A DNA stretch of 57,031 nucleotides, the filler included, from Sphacelaria rigidula (taxonomy: Eukaryota): the NCBI GenBank assembly GCA_964200075.2. It is 8 parts of 8 records of this genome, joined end to end, with 100 filler letters (N's around TTAATTAATTAA, not from the genome) between each part and the next. Parts side by side here need not be neighbours in the genome. Positions count along the whole stretch, not along the records: positions 21,427 to 28,467 come from CAXNAA020016802.1; positions 28,568 to 35,608 come from CAXNAA020016803.1; 6 more parts are not named here. One strand, 5' to 3'. The first letter of the stretch is position 1; each line of letters begins with the position of its first letter. Shown piece after piece: positions 22,510 through 35,526 of the stretch. The translations under genes were made by a program, and so were the position numbers. The notes under the pieces were generated by a model. The model saw only the letters and a list, made by a program, of their open reading frames with translations, did not search any database and was not told where the DNA came from.

Positions 22510-25500
22510 AATGATGGAGACAAGGAGAGTGGGTAGTGATTTGAAAAAAAAACTGCGAGGAGGATCACGGGACGTGTGTGGACCCGCCACGGAAAATCGC
22601 AAGAATACATAAATAACCGAGCAAAAAAGCAAGCGCGAGCTTGATATAGTGGGAATCCAAGAGTCATGGGAGAGAGAAGGGGCGGATATGATCCAAAGTT
22701 GGAGAGGACGCACGAACAGGGAAGAGAGGAAGAGGCAGAAAAGCAGTGATAGGAGGGTGGAGGAATCGAATTCCTGGTCAAGGAATATCTGTGTGTCATA
22801 ATAGAAATGATCAAGACCAAACTCGACCAGGACACATGGATTAGGTTACCAGAAGAGAGGGGAGCAAAGCATTTTTTCTAAGAAAATATCCCGATGGCCC
22901 CAGGGTTGTAGAGTACGATTAGCTATACACAGGGAGAGTTTGAAGAGATAACAGCAGATGTACAGAAGTAAAAAAGGCACGAAAAGGTAGTGTCGGTGGG
23001 TATTTTTCATGCAGGAAATGGAAAAGCAAGCAAGCAAACGACAACATTGGCAATATGGGACAATGAGTAAGGATACGAATGATGAGCAGATGTTGCACAT
23101 CCTCGAACACCACGAGATAAAGTCGTTGAACAATAGTCGAGGAGCGAGATCTGGAACGGGCTAGACAAGGAAAACAGCTTCATTTTTTACCATCATTCAG
23201 TGATGGAAAAAAAAGAGTAAAAACCAAAAGTACAAGTATTCCACACCCTGGACAATACAATATGTTTTCAATATATGTTAGTCGATCATATTGGAAATTT
23301 GCGATATATTGCCGGTGTAATATATAGTCGTACCCTTGGACAGCACACGTATTGCGCGCCCAATATATATATATATTCATGTCATGGGACTGCATACATA
23401 TTGCTCGCCCAATATATATATATATATATTGGTACTGTGGGGTTGAACATTTTTTCTCCCATCAAAATATATTGCAGTTGCGTAGGCGACAACATATTGC
23501 ACGACCAATTTATGTTAGGATCGCATTGATGAGAAAATTTTGACCGGTCAGTATATATTGGGGTAGCGTGGGTGCCAATGTATTGGCCGGTCAATATGTA
23601 TATTGGATATTATAAGTATGCTGTACGCTTTAAACAATATCCAGACGCGATGGATGCCGGACCCCGTGCAGATTGGGAAAAGCTTCAACGAGAGCTGCAG
23701 AAATTCGTGTGCATTACTACAGAGAGTCGTCGAATTCGTTTGACACACACACATATATATATTGGTCAGAAAATATGGTGATAGAAGAGGCGACCCGGTA
23801 TATATGCCTCCTGATACCTATCTGGCCACCGGTGCGGGGCCGCCCATCCCCTTCCCAGCATGTAGTTAGTGTAGTTAGTATATCTTGGCTAAACATCACG
23901 ATGATAGAAAACGCGGGTCGATATGCGCCTTCTCGTACCACTGTGGTCACCGGAGCTGTGTTGCTTATACCCTGGACAATACAATATGTTCCAATATGAT
24001 ACCAATACCTTGTATTGGAACCAGCGCAAATATCGCTGTTTCAATATATATTGTGTTGAGATGTCTTCGGAGACATTGAAGCAACAACATATATTGCTCG
24101 TGTCCTGATCATGAAGTAATGTATGACAATATATATTGGACATGCATTTGCTCCGGGAATACAACATTCAATACATATTGTGCATGCCGGCCGTGTATGT
24201 ATTGAAGTGTCAGTATATATTGAGTCGAAGCGATGCGTAGCACATTGTTTCAATAATATATTTTGAACTCAAACCATGCAAAAGTATTGTTTTTCCAATA
24301 TACATTGCGCACGCTCATCGCATAGCTTTTCTACAGACAATATATATTGAACACGTTTGTGGAGGAATATATTTAGCGTTTTCGGCATGTGGAGATACAT
24401 CTTTGAGAGGCGCCCGCGAACATAGAACTGCCCACTATACTAATTCCAACACAGTTTCCGATCTATTTGTCGAAAATCTAAATATATTGCTGCACCAATA
24501 TGTATGTGTTGTGACCGTCGGTTCCCTCGTGTATTGTCCGCCCAATATATATATTGAACGCATTGACGCACGACATATTCGGGCGGTAATATATATCGGC
24601 GCTTCGGGTGTTGAGTATATTGAACCATCAACATATATTGACCTCGTGTGGTGGCCAGTATATTACTCGACAAATATATATTGGTGCCTTCTCGCACCAA
24701 CATATTGCTCGGCCGATATATATATTGAGATGGCGCGTGTCGTCATATATTGTTCGGCCGACGTATGCTGCATGTCGCGAGCCTTGACATATTGATGGCA
24801 CAATATAAATTGACCCTCTCTCGTGCCATCATTTTGCTCGCCCAATATATATTGACCACCCGACGAGTCGAATATTGAGCGGGCAATATATAGTACGTAT
24901 TGTATTGTTCAGGGTGTGAAGTATTCGCAGATGATGCAGGAGCTACGTATCACTGCCTTATATGGATAGACAGTCAACCGACGAGAGGTATTCAAAATAG
25001 GCGGGGTGTACAAATAAATGGAAAACAAATAAACTGGAAAAAAAAATAGCATCAAGAACAAGGGTTCCAAAACTCATGGCCATGAATGTAGTGAATGTTT
25101 CTAGTCGTTGCACCGCGTACGTACAGCTACGGACGAAATAGAAACAGATAGTTCAGGAGCGAGGGTTGCAAAAGGATGGGACCAACTGGTCAAGCTCACA
25201 AACAGCCGCCCAGAAAAAGTTGAGGGTGGGGCTTTTCATTGAGGATAAACCGGAAACTTAAAATCTCAGTATCCAGCCAGTGTTCTTCGAAATATGGCTG
25301 CATGCCTTCACCGGTCGCTATTAGTAACTACAACACACCATACAAATTTTGATTCTAGTAACAAAACGTTCGAGATCCTACATAAAAACAAATCTGGGGA
25401 AATTGGTTGATCAATTATGATGACCTGAATTCTCCATAAATTTTTTTCCGCCTAGGACTCCAAATGTTAGGCTATCGAGGTCCTAACTCATACGGCCTGT

Positions 25501-27140
25501 AGTAGTTGTCAATGGCTACCAGTAGGTGAAGAAATGCAATCATATTTGAAGAACTGGTGTGGATACGAAGATTTCAACTTTCCCGGTTGTGATCGTCAAT
25601 AAGAGCTCCATCCTCAATTGTTCTGATCGGCTGTTGACAGGGAGTACAATGTTATAGAACACTTTGATAGTATGTAACAGAGCAGTGAAGTGGTAGGATA
25701 ATGAAAAAAAGGGGTTAGCTGAGTAAGGAAGATACACACGCGAAAAGGTACATCGAGTAAGAGTACGGGAATATGGGAGGAGCATGCCATGACTACAAAA
25801 ACATGAATTATATCCTTATATAAAGAAATGCAGTTAACGAGACAAATTAAGACTATAATGGCGTGATGGAGCAGATGTAGGTAGAGATGAGAGAATTATT
25901 GGCACACAGACAAGAGAGGTGGCCAAGAGAATAGTCGCACTAGGAGTAAAGAACGATAAAAAGGCTAGCGTTTCAGAGGGGAAGAGAGGATTAATTGCAG
26001 AAGAGCCAGGAACTAGGAACACCAACAACTAACCAGAGCTCCGACGCAGAACTCGAGAAAGAATCAACGCGTGGATAGATGCGAAGGTACAGGCATCACA
26101 ATAAAAACTATTATTTCAAAAGAACGACAGCGGGAGAGTTCACTAGGGAGAAATGAAGAAGTGAATAGCAATACTTTGGAATGGAAAGGCAGCAGGGGGA
26201 AACGAATGATGAATATATGAAGTGCGTGGGAGAGAGAATGAGTATCGTGAAGGTTATGTCATTGTCGAATTGTATCTGGGAAAATGTGTACACACCCAGG
26301 GTGTCCGGAGAAAAGTAGGAGTAGAGAGTTTCAAGGAAAGAGACCGGGTTGACCCAAGGAGACACAGAAGGGATAGAATGCTGCTAAGCACCGTAGTCAA
26401 AACATGTATGAGGTTTTGAACGGTAGGATGGGAACGATGCAGAAGAAGCAAGATAATTCAGCGAAATATGTACAGTTTTTAGGCCAAACCTTAGCTACGT
26501 ATACCACGTGTACTCATCCAGTGAGATGATACAGGGTTAAAAAGACGCGGGGCTAAGACCACACTGTTCCCTTCTGTGACACGGTACGGAGAGATGGGCT
26601 ATGGGGGAAAATGCGGGAGACTGTTATCAGGGGAAATATGTCGAAACCTGCTGAAGACATCAGAATGTGCAAGAAGTGCTATGATGATCCTAAATGGGGA
26701 AATATTATAGAGTGCGGATGTCGTACAAGGAGTTGCACAAAGATGTACGTTATCAATCACCTTCTTTGAGCTATCCGTTACTGATATGATAATACGAAGT
26801 ATGGGTAGAAGAAGCATATTGCGGAGTCGTGGTCGGGGAATATATACGGTGTAGGGATTTGTGTCTGCGCTTGATATCGTGGGGACATCAGATAAATTAG
26901 AAGGATTGCAGAAAAAATCGGGGAACTTACTGGAATACGAAGGAATGGAAAGTTACAGCGAATGTGAAAAAATGCGCGTTACTTTTACGTGATGGGGTCA
27001 ACGATAATCCAGTATAATCAAGGTGTTTGTGGGGAGAAGATGAGTCACCGATTGTAGACCATACATATACCTTGGCGTGTAGATATCAAAATGTGTTCTT
27101 GAGATGCACACATAAAAAAGCTGGTAGAAACGGCTAAACC
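22510..27140 (+). mobile_element. Decayed APE+RT non-LTR retrotransposon (same family as 43300-46459), interrupted by insertions
   Basis: APE motifs ELDIVGIQESW (~22640), EGGGIEFLVKEYL, and an SDH-like FADDAGATYHCLIW (~24925); RT motifs LLSTVVKT (~26380) and QGVAQRCTLS (~26725); nucleotide match of 26010-26090 to 43310-43385; many stops and frameshifts. Confidence 0.88.
23242..24918. mobile_element. 1677-bp non-autonomous DNA transposon with 8-bp TSD and many internal CAATATATATTG-like palindromes
   Basis: TIRs CACACCCTGGACAATACAATA / TATTGTATTGTTCAGGGTGTG (20 of 21 match); exact TSD AAGTATTC at 23234-23241 and 24919-24926; LINE frame resumes after removal. Confidence 0.92.
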
Positions 27141-27280
27141 ATCTGCAGTTTCTAACTTTTCATGCATCGTAGCGACTCTAGTAGGAATGGCTGAAACGGA
27201 TCGTGGCAACATCTACAGGCTATGATTATGATTGCGATTATTCTTCTTCCCACTTTTATCGCGATTGTTATTATGATAAT

Positions 27281-27313
27281 GATTAGGATTAGGATTAGGA
27301 TTAGGATTAGGAT
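27281..27313. repeat. (GATTAG)n microsatellite within ATT-rich low-complexity sequence
   Basis: Five full GATTAG units plus a partial unit. Confidence 0.9.
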
Positions 27314-28037
27314 TTTGTGTGCCATAAGTGTAGTCTTTTACGCGTATTCAGATGGTATCTCCCCAACGGAGGTGCTCACGATCCTGTGGTTTGGTTTGTT
27401 GAAAGATAAAATCACGGAGATGCCCATTGGAGGAAGAACACATCGGAGTCATACTAACCAAAACCGTTCAGGTCGAAATTTGGATTCGTTTTCGGAAAGA
27501 AAATGCGAATATCGAGGTATCGTCGCGGCAGAGGGCGGGGACTCTCGAAATGGAGCTAAAATACGATCAGGAGGACATCACTACGGCCTGGGACATCATG
27601 CATCAAGTTCCAGTGGTGGCGAGGACAAAGTTTTGTTGTATATTTCTTCCTCCCAGATTATGGTGAAATGACGCCATTTTCAGGCCGACCTTATATTTTT
27701 CGGCCGTTGGCTCATGCAGGGAGATGTGCGAACACAAAGAAAAAGTGTTACCTTCAAAAATCCAAAGTCTATAAATTATCGCGAGGTATCGTCACGGTAA
27801 AAGGGCCCGCGTGAACGTGAAAGACTTTTCTTATTGCGTGGAAATATTGAATTTATTTTTGCCATCGACATTACTATTGTGATTGTCATGACTGTGAGGT
27901 TATTGTGGTTATGGTCATTACTATAGTTATCATGACCATTTTCATTACTATTGTTGTTATCATTGCGATTATCATAATTATTCTGATTGCTATGGTCATT
28001 GCGCTTTTTATGGTTGCTTTAATATAATACTTGTATT

Positions 28038-28142
28038 GAGTTCAAAGCACCCCGGGACCGACGATCTTCAAGACCGCTCGGGTCCATCCCTGCAGAGATC
28101 ACGCCCCTTACCCTAACCCTAACGATCGGGGTGTTTGAACTC
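28038..28142. mobile_element. ~105-bp inverted-repeat element containing CCCTAA units
   Basis: GAGTTCAAAGCACCCC ... GGGGTGTTTGAACTC; internal CCCTTACCCTAACCCTAAC. Confidence 0.55.
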
Positions 28143-29842
28143 CGACTTGGTCCAGAACGTACGTGATTCACTCACGCATTGCAAGTAGTAGAATAGCAGA
28201 ATTGTTTCTATATCATATTTCTTATTATTATTCGCGCAAAATAGCCTGATATTTCGAAACCGTGGTCACAGACATGAGCACGCCTTTACGGTACCGTCAC
28301 TTTATCTCACTTGAGGTAGAGAGGTCATCGAGCAGTTTCTTCTACTTCAAAAACAAAAAATATATTGAATGCGAGAGAGAAATTGAGGAAGCAGAAGAGA
28401 AAAGCTTTCCTCGAGGTGGTCGGGGTGTGGTAAGACGAACAAATCAGATCTGTCGATAAAGCGAAGGNNNNNNNNNNNNNNNNNNNNNNNNNNNNNNNNN
28501 NNNNNNNNNNNTTAATTAATTAANNNNNNNNNNNNNNNNNNNNNNNNNNNNNNNNNNNNNNNNNNNNCGGCCCAACTCGTCTGTGTAGATGAGATATTGC
28601 GTTTAGAGCTTAAATCCGCTTTTAGGCTGGCCCAGCTCGTACAACAAGTTGAGGTATACCTCGATGTTTTTCGGCTTGAAGCGAGCTCAGCCTTCACGAC
28701 ACAGAACGCCTGGAATTCCGGTGACATGGTGGGTCGAAACAGCCGTATAAATTGGTATAACCAACATATTGTCAGCAACGATCGCCACAGGTTCACCTGA
28801 ATTCTTTTTATATTTTCCATATTTTCCAAACCTGTGCCTGGTCTTTCTCCAGCCTACGCCTATACCCCCCGGGAATTTGACCTGTCTATTAAGTTGCCAG
28901 GAAACCTACATGCCAAACATTTTATAAATCAGTGAAGAAAAAACGCCGGTCGTACATTTCCGAGTCCTTCCCGCAAGGCATACTCGTCGAAAAGTATCTC
29001 CCACGATGAGAGTTCCTATCTCAGATTTCAGGCGGGCTCGTTGACTCCATGCCGAGGTATGCCCCGCGAAGTTCAACTACTGAGGTAGCCCACGATAGAG
29101 ACAAGCCATACGCAGGCAAACGAGATCTGGCACAAGAAGTGCCGACAAGGAGCAGTCACGCACGCCAAATCTTTACAGGGATGGTGCACGAACAGCATAA
29201 GCTTACGGCCGATGGTAACGCATCCAATGGGTAAATTGGAGTAAAATAGCACACAACTATCATCGTGCTTGACATGCGCCCAAGCGCTAGTACAAGGTGA
29301 AACACTTGTACTTCTGTACAGACGGTAGATTGGCACAGCTCGTTGCCGTAGGCACAACAATGACGTACACATACAATCATCACAAGTGGGTACACCGCGC
29401 GATACTGTCCGCACTCTTGATAGTGCCGCCCGTTGGGTCATCAAACGCCTTCACCTGTGTTGTTCTTGGAGGCCATCGTACTTGAAGTTGCGGCTGACAG
29501 AACACCATGCGTCATCGACGAAGTTTTTTTTGCAGTCAGATGTGCTATTTACAGCGAATTTCAATTAATCTTGGAGACCACGTGTCGCACACGCATGTAC
29601 CCAAGAGGGCTACGGACAAGTCCATGCATGTGCGTGTATCAACACGTACGTTTACGAGGACCTCAATATTCTAGTTACCAGCGTTCTTCCCGCAAATTTA
29701 TCTCATAATATGTTTTTTTGTCACTGATCATCTCGCCTTGACGCAGTCATACGGACATCGTTTCCTACAGGGTGGAACACACGTGAGCACCACTGGCGTG
29801 GAAAATCCGTGTCGCTAAAACTGGAGCACGTCTTCAAAGGCT

Positions 29843-30627
29843 CACTCCGGACAGAACAACCAATATAAATATATATATATTAATCGATCATAATGGAATT
29901 TCGGATAATTTCTTGGAAACATAGTATATATATATATATATATATATTGGTACCCTGGGACTGCACACGTATTGCCCGCCCAGTTCATGTTGGTGTCGTG
30001 TGGGTGACAACGTATTGCCCGCCCAATATATATATATATATACTGGTACCACATCAACATACTTCGAGGATGCACATATATTGTCCCATCAACATACTTC
30101 GACGTATATTGGTGTTGTGTGAGCGACTACATTTTGCACGACCAAAATATATTGGGGTCGTGTGGGTGATAACATATTGGCCGGTCAATATACATTGCGG
30201 CCGTATGGGTGATATCATGTTGCCCGGCCAGTATATATATCGGGGTAGCATGTACGACAACGTATCACCCACCCAATGCACATTTGGCGGACGCATCGAT
30301 ACCAAGTATATGTTCCGCCAACTGTATTATTCAAAAACTATACTCTGCCGCAACCTGAAGTCATCCCGTCCAACGAATTTCCCATTCGACGTACTTGTGG
30401 TTAATTCTTCGTTGGCGTGAAGATTGTTATACGGGCATCATTTCGAATAATTCCAAGAAAAAATGAAAAAAGTGAGAGTCGTTGAGTCGCTCCTTCGAAA
30501 TATCCCTGTTCCCCGGTTGAAGCATCCCTTCGAAACGCGGGTCGATATGCGTCTTTTGGTATCCCTTTGGTCACCGGTGCTGTGTTGCTTATACCTTGGA
30601 CAATCCAACATGTTCCAATACGATACC
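29843..30627. mobile_element. Partial diverged copy of the 23242-24918 element
   Basis: 29850-30250 is similar to 23250-23600; 30532-30627 is similar to 23908-24003. Confidence 0.85.
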
Positions 30628-32101
30628 GATCTTTACGATGAGGGAGTGGATGTAGTCGAAAAAAGTAGAGAATGAAACGAGAATAAAACGAGCTGTTGAT
30701 ACGACACGGTCAAAGGTGAATCTGTCACGAGTAAAAAGTAAGCAATCTGCCAGCACCTCTCCAACATCCGCGTACGGGGGGGGGGGGGGTTCATGTGTAC
30801 TCTAAATTGCAGGTCTTCGAATGATGCACGAACGTGGCTTTGAGCGAGTAAATATTCGCTAACGATGTGGCCTGCTCAACCGATAATAAACATTGTTTCG
30901 TAACGACAAAACATTGGAGAAAGTATCGAGGCACGCAAGATGAAGGTATGCTGAGTACTATCGAAGGAAATGGGGCACCATCCCCTTTTTACCTCGAGAT
31001 CGTGATCGCTACGGTCCGTATCAAGTGAAGCACCTCATCACTCACGGGTATCGCGCGCTAAACTCACATGACCACCCGGATACGAGAGAAACGTATTGGA
31101 GCTTACCGCGCGTGGTAGAATCTGCTGTTGAGTGTTATATCCACCATGGACACCGCGTGCAGTGAGGCCAAAGATACCAACAGCTGGCAGTACTGCAGAC
31201 TCGAAGAGGAGCCGAAGGTCACAATTGCGAAAACCTGTGTCAACGTTCAACGCAGTAGCGAAAACAGTAGACTAGCAGCTGTCATTGAATCATTTATACA
31301 ACCAGGGCAACGTGGTATACTCGACACTCAGCTGCACGGTCGGTACAGCGATAGTTTCGAAAATAAAATAATAGCGGTACATCTTTTCCATCCGTAGGTA
31401 CGGTGTAGGCGTAAACTACACAGCAGTCTCCGTGGCACAACCTTCAGTACAGCGCTCCCCGGAAACGTGAAAGGTGAACGGTGAACGCCAACCCTACCGT
31501 ACTGGCGAGGTACCGGAGTGAAATCCCCTCACCTGCGAACACCACGAAAGCAAAAAAACTGGACTGAAAAGGCACCGGAGTCGAAGGGCTGCTAAAGTGA
31601 AGGACAGCAGCAGCAACTCTGATCCACCCAGTGCCAGCAAATAGCTGCGTCCAGAAGGCACCTGCGTCGGCAAACAGTGCACACGCATCCGACTCCTTGT
31701 GAGCTTGTGGGAAACAAGGCCCAGCAGAGCAATGGCGACATACTCAAGGATAGTCATAATAATCAAATAGAACCCTTCGACGACGAGCGTGTTCTCGAAC
31801 GATCGGCAACAAGCTTCTTCATTCGGGTACAAACATTATAATCCCATGTACCACCGGAATAACTGATGCGCCAATCGCCAGTTGGGGAAGCTTGAGGATC
31901 CTGGTGCCGATAGATACGGTCGTTCCGAGCATGATCTAGTTTCCGTCCTTGTGACCGACGCGAGTAGCAAAACAAATCGACGAGTGTCGACGGTATGCGG
32001 GAGTGCTGATCCAATTCCCGACGACGAAATGTAAGGCAGATATACCGTGGGAAGAATGGGTTTATACCTCAAAACTACGGACTCGCCGTGACAAAAGTGT
32101 C

Positions 32102-32596
32102 GGGGGTGTAGTCATGATGGTACATATGACGAAGTGATGAAACCATTGACGTCGCATCCCTACGAAGCCGGGACGGATAACGCCGGCCTTCGCTGAAACA
32201 GACTCGCAATCACCAAGAGCAACGCGCCGTGATGTGTTCGGCGAGGTGCACGAAAGGTGTCAGGTGCACCCCACCAAGATTGTTCGCCCGAAGCGCACTA
32301 TTCATCTTGCGCATGGATGAACGCCTCGAATGAGTTTCCTATCTCCTGGTATCGCCATCTCCAGAGAGCCACGGTTGACACTACCTCGTGGATGTCTCAC
32401 GATTGAAACACTAGGTGGTACGATCCCCTTTGCGCGGAGTTCAGGTTCAACCCGCACAATATGACTCAACTCGATCACTACACGGTTTCCGCAAAATATA
32501 AACGACGAAAAAGGTAACCTAGTTGCCTAGGTTACGCAGTGATGGCGTGTTATACAGCATTGCTGCCGACGGACGCCAAACCTTACAAGAGGGAGT
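32102..32596 (-). mobile_element. Full-length diverged copy of the poly(C)-ended SINE-like element
   Basis: Colinear with the reverse complement of 49332-49841 from head to tail. Confidence 0.85.
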
Positions 32597-35483
32597 TGTC
32601 TGTGTGTGTGAAAATACTCCAAAAAGGAAAAGCCAGGCACAGAAATGACAGCGTCGGACGTGGGCTGGATTGAGTAAGCCCAACACACTCGCATCGGTCC
32701 GGGTATCTTTTGCTCAACCTATTGAGATTCTTGCGGCGTACGAGTCATCCAATACGCACCTCACAAAGAAATGCCACAGGTAGCAGGGCGCGAAGAGCTG
32801 GGACCAGGTGGGAAGAAATCGAATGCTGGATCGCGGCACGTGGGCATGGGAACGCCAGAGTTAGCTTGCTTGCGTTGTAGCTCGTATCTCAACCTCCGGA
32901 GGAAAAAGTATTGATTTTGCCCCATGTGGAGCCAACTTTATTTTCGATTAATTTCACAGACAGAAGTTCAATGCCGGTGAAATGAACAGCTTGCCTCTAT
33001 TTGCGAGCACCCCTCACTCATAACGAGAACATACAAAACAGTTTGGTCAGTAGTTCCTCACTCGCGATGTTCGATATTGTTGGACCGAACCAAAGCAAAT
33101 GGTTTCTCATACTTGCAGCAGTCGATCTGGGGTTGACCTCTGGCATCTGGGGCCCAAGAGTTCAAGACGTGGCTTTTCCCTGTCGGGACACCACAAAAAA
33201 TCAACCTCAATATCCGCTACCGTTTCACCACGGGGCTTTTCCACACGCGCTGCGCACCTGATAAAGATTATTTGACGTGCAGAACATTTGCATCAGGAAG
33301 CTGTACCACAAGCAAGCCGGAAGCCAATGCGGTGCCCATTCGTCCACCATGGATACCAAGTACCTGCGCAGGGCACCATCTTGTTGCATAACGTTGTCGA
33401 CAACCAACTGTTCTTCTCGTAGGCAAGATGCAACCAACAAAAGCTGCTCGGTTTATTTCAACTAGCGAAAAATTTGAAAGTTCCTGGCCAAAACGAACAG
33501 TGCATGATGTCATGCCTTCGACGATCGAGGTCGCCATCGCCCTCCATCACCCTCCCCGTGAAGTATTTGATACACTAACCGAAACTCACTGGAAGAAGTA
33601 CGGGAAGAGAAAACACACCGCCACGTGGACGCTGCCTGTAACCTCCTTCAGTGCCAGAGAGTGAATCCGCAACCCCATTAGAAGGAGCCATGACGCCGTG
33701 GTCATGATCATACTCATTAGGGACACGGCAGAGCATCCTGTGACTGAAAGCAACGTCAGCAGGCGCCTGAACACACGCAGCCTGATATGGGCAACACAGG
33801 CACGCACGCACGTTTCGATTGGAGTTGAATCACAGATCCTGTGTATAAGCGCGGAAAAAGCAGAAAAAAAGCGAAAAAGATTCCAATCTCGTTACAACCA
33901 ATAATAAGAGAACGTGGAAAAAGCAGCGAAATAATTTTTCGAAATCGGCAGCCACGGCTTTCACCGTACGAGCTGGGCCAGCCTGAAAACGATGTAGCCA
34001 GCCATATCTCATCGACATAGCCGAACTGGGCCGTGATCCGAATATTTGATTAATAGTCTAATCAGGGGGGAGGTGCCCATTTATCTGCCCTGGACTAAAT
34101 TCTCTCGTTGACTAAACGCTACTCCTATGTTGAGCAAGTCCTACACCGTACCGAGATGGGGTCTACCCCAAGTCGGAACCCCGAACGATACGTACACTGG
34201 ATGGCTATATGTTGAGGAGTGAACATTCCCTGGAGCACGTGGAAGCGATGGATATCCTCACCTTCACCTAATTTATCATCCATCTATTGTAGGGATATAG
34301 CGTGCATAAGATTCCATACTAAGCTCAATATATTACGAGCAGTGGCACTTGACGCACTCAATCTGGATTTCGCTGATCAGTTTCGAGAGTTGTGCTTCGA
34401 AGTGTTGTACGGAGTACCGCAAACGCAAAAGAAAAACAAGACGTCCAGGGTCTTGGGATTTTTTTCATGAAGTGAGAACATTCATGTGAAAACTGGACAC
34501 CGTTTTTGGCCATCAACTCGGTCATCACCTCAGTTATTAGAACTACAAATTGAAATTTAGTCCAGACAATCTCAAGGGCATACTGAAAATGAAACAAAAC
34601 ATAGCTGGGCCCTCATTTTTCGTGATTTATGGACGTCCTCGTGAAAAGATGGTTATTACAACACTAAAACATCCTCAACGCGAAAAATAATCAACATCCC
34701 GCAGGTTTTTCGAAAATTATCATGCCCTTGCCATTCTCCACATGAAAATTTTCAAAGCACAAGTATCATAACTGAGCTAAATGGCCTACAACATTCAGCT
34801 CCGTTTGTCGACCGACCCAGGCTGTAAATCTGAGATTCTCACCTCAATTTTGAGAGTTACACTTTTAAACTTGATACGAGAATCGCTAGGGCATAATGGA
34901 ATAAATTTCGGAGCATTGATTTTTTTCCAAACCTTCATGACTAGGGACGTTCTAGCGAAAACTGTATATCGCATTATGCCCTTTCAAGATTGAGGTAGAA
35001 ATCGGCCTGCAACCTCCAGATCCGCCTATAGGCTGACCCAGCGCGTATGTTATTGGGAAGATGCTGTATACCAGCGCGTGCCGGAATAAGTCGTGGCTAC
35101 AATCGCATTCGGGAGTAGGAGGTGCTTGATACTGACAGAGGGAGTTAAGTCAGGATTCAATGTGACAGTCCAACGCTACGCATTTTCGGAGGATAATCAG
35201 ATTCTTGTGAAGGACCTCATGACAGACAACAGCACACTGCCATCTCGACACAAACCTGCTGACATAGAATGTAGTCACCCTGCTAACCGCAGTGAAGACA
35301 CCTCGTACTCCATCAAGCGCGGAAGAACGCAGCTCTCCGAGGCGCTGCCGAACGCTTGGATGAGTGACATTCCTCGATCGATTAGATTCTTTGGTTCCGG
35401 GTCCTGGCGAAAAAGGACAATTATTGCTGCAGAAAATAAATACAACGTCTGCTGACAGTGCGTGCAAGTGGAATACTACTTTA

Positions 35484-35486
<3 letters not shown>

Positions 35487-35524
<38 letters not shown>
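35487..35524. repeat. (TA)n microsatellite
   Basis: Uninterrupted TA run. Confidence 0.97.

Positions 35525-35526
<2 letters not shown>

Larger units (their letters stand above)
28568..34039 (-). mobile_element. Probable fossil Mutator-like (MULE) element with long TIRs
   Basis: 28568-28645 is an inverted copy of 33965-34033. Decayed minus-strand peptides at 33800-33050 (VPNEYDHD, ALKEVTGSVHVAVCFLFPYFFQ, RYLVSMVDEWAPHWLPACLW...TSNNLYQ, LELLGPRCQRSTPDRLL) follow MULE transposase motif order. Confidence 0.4.

Noticed and set aside
23242-24918. CRISPR-like array or coding ORFs in the AATATATT-rich region
   Set aside because: The repeats are degenerate and irregularly spaced, and are bounded by TIRs and a TSD; the ORFs are I/Y-rich noise
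27281-27313. Telomere
   Set aside because: Short internal GATTAG run, not TTAGGG, and not at a contig end
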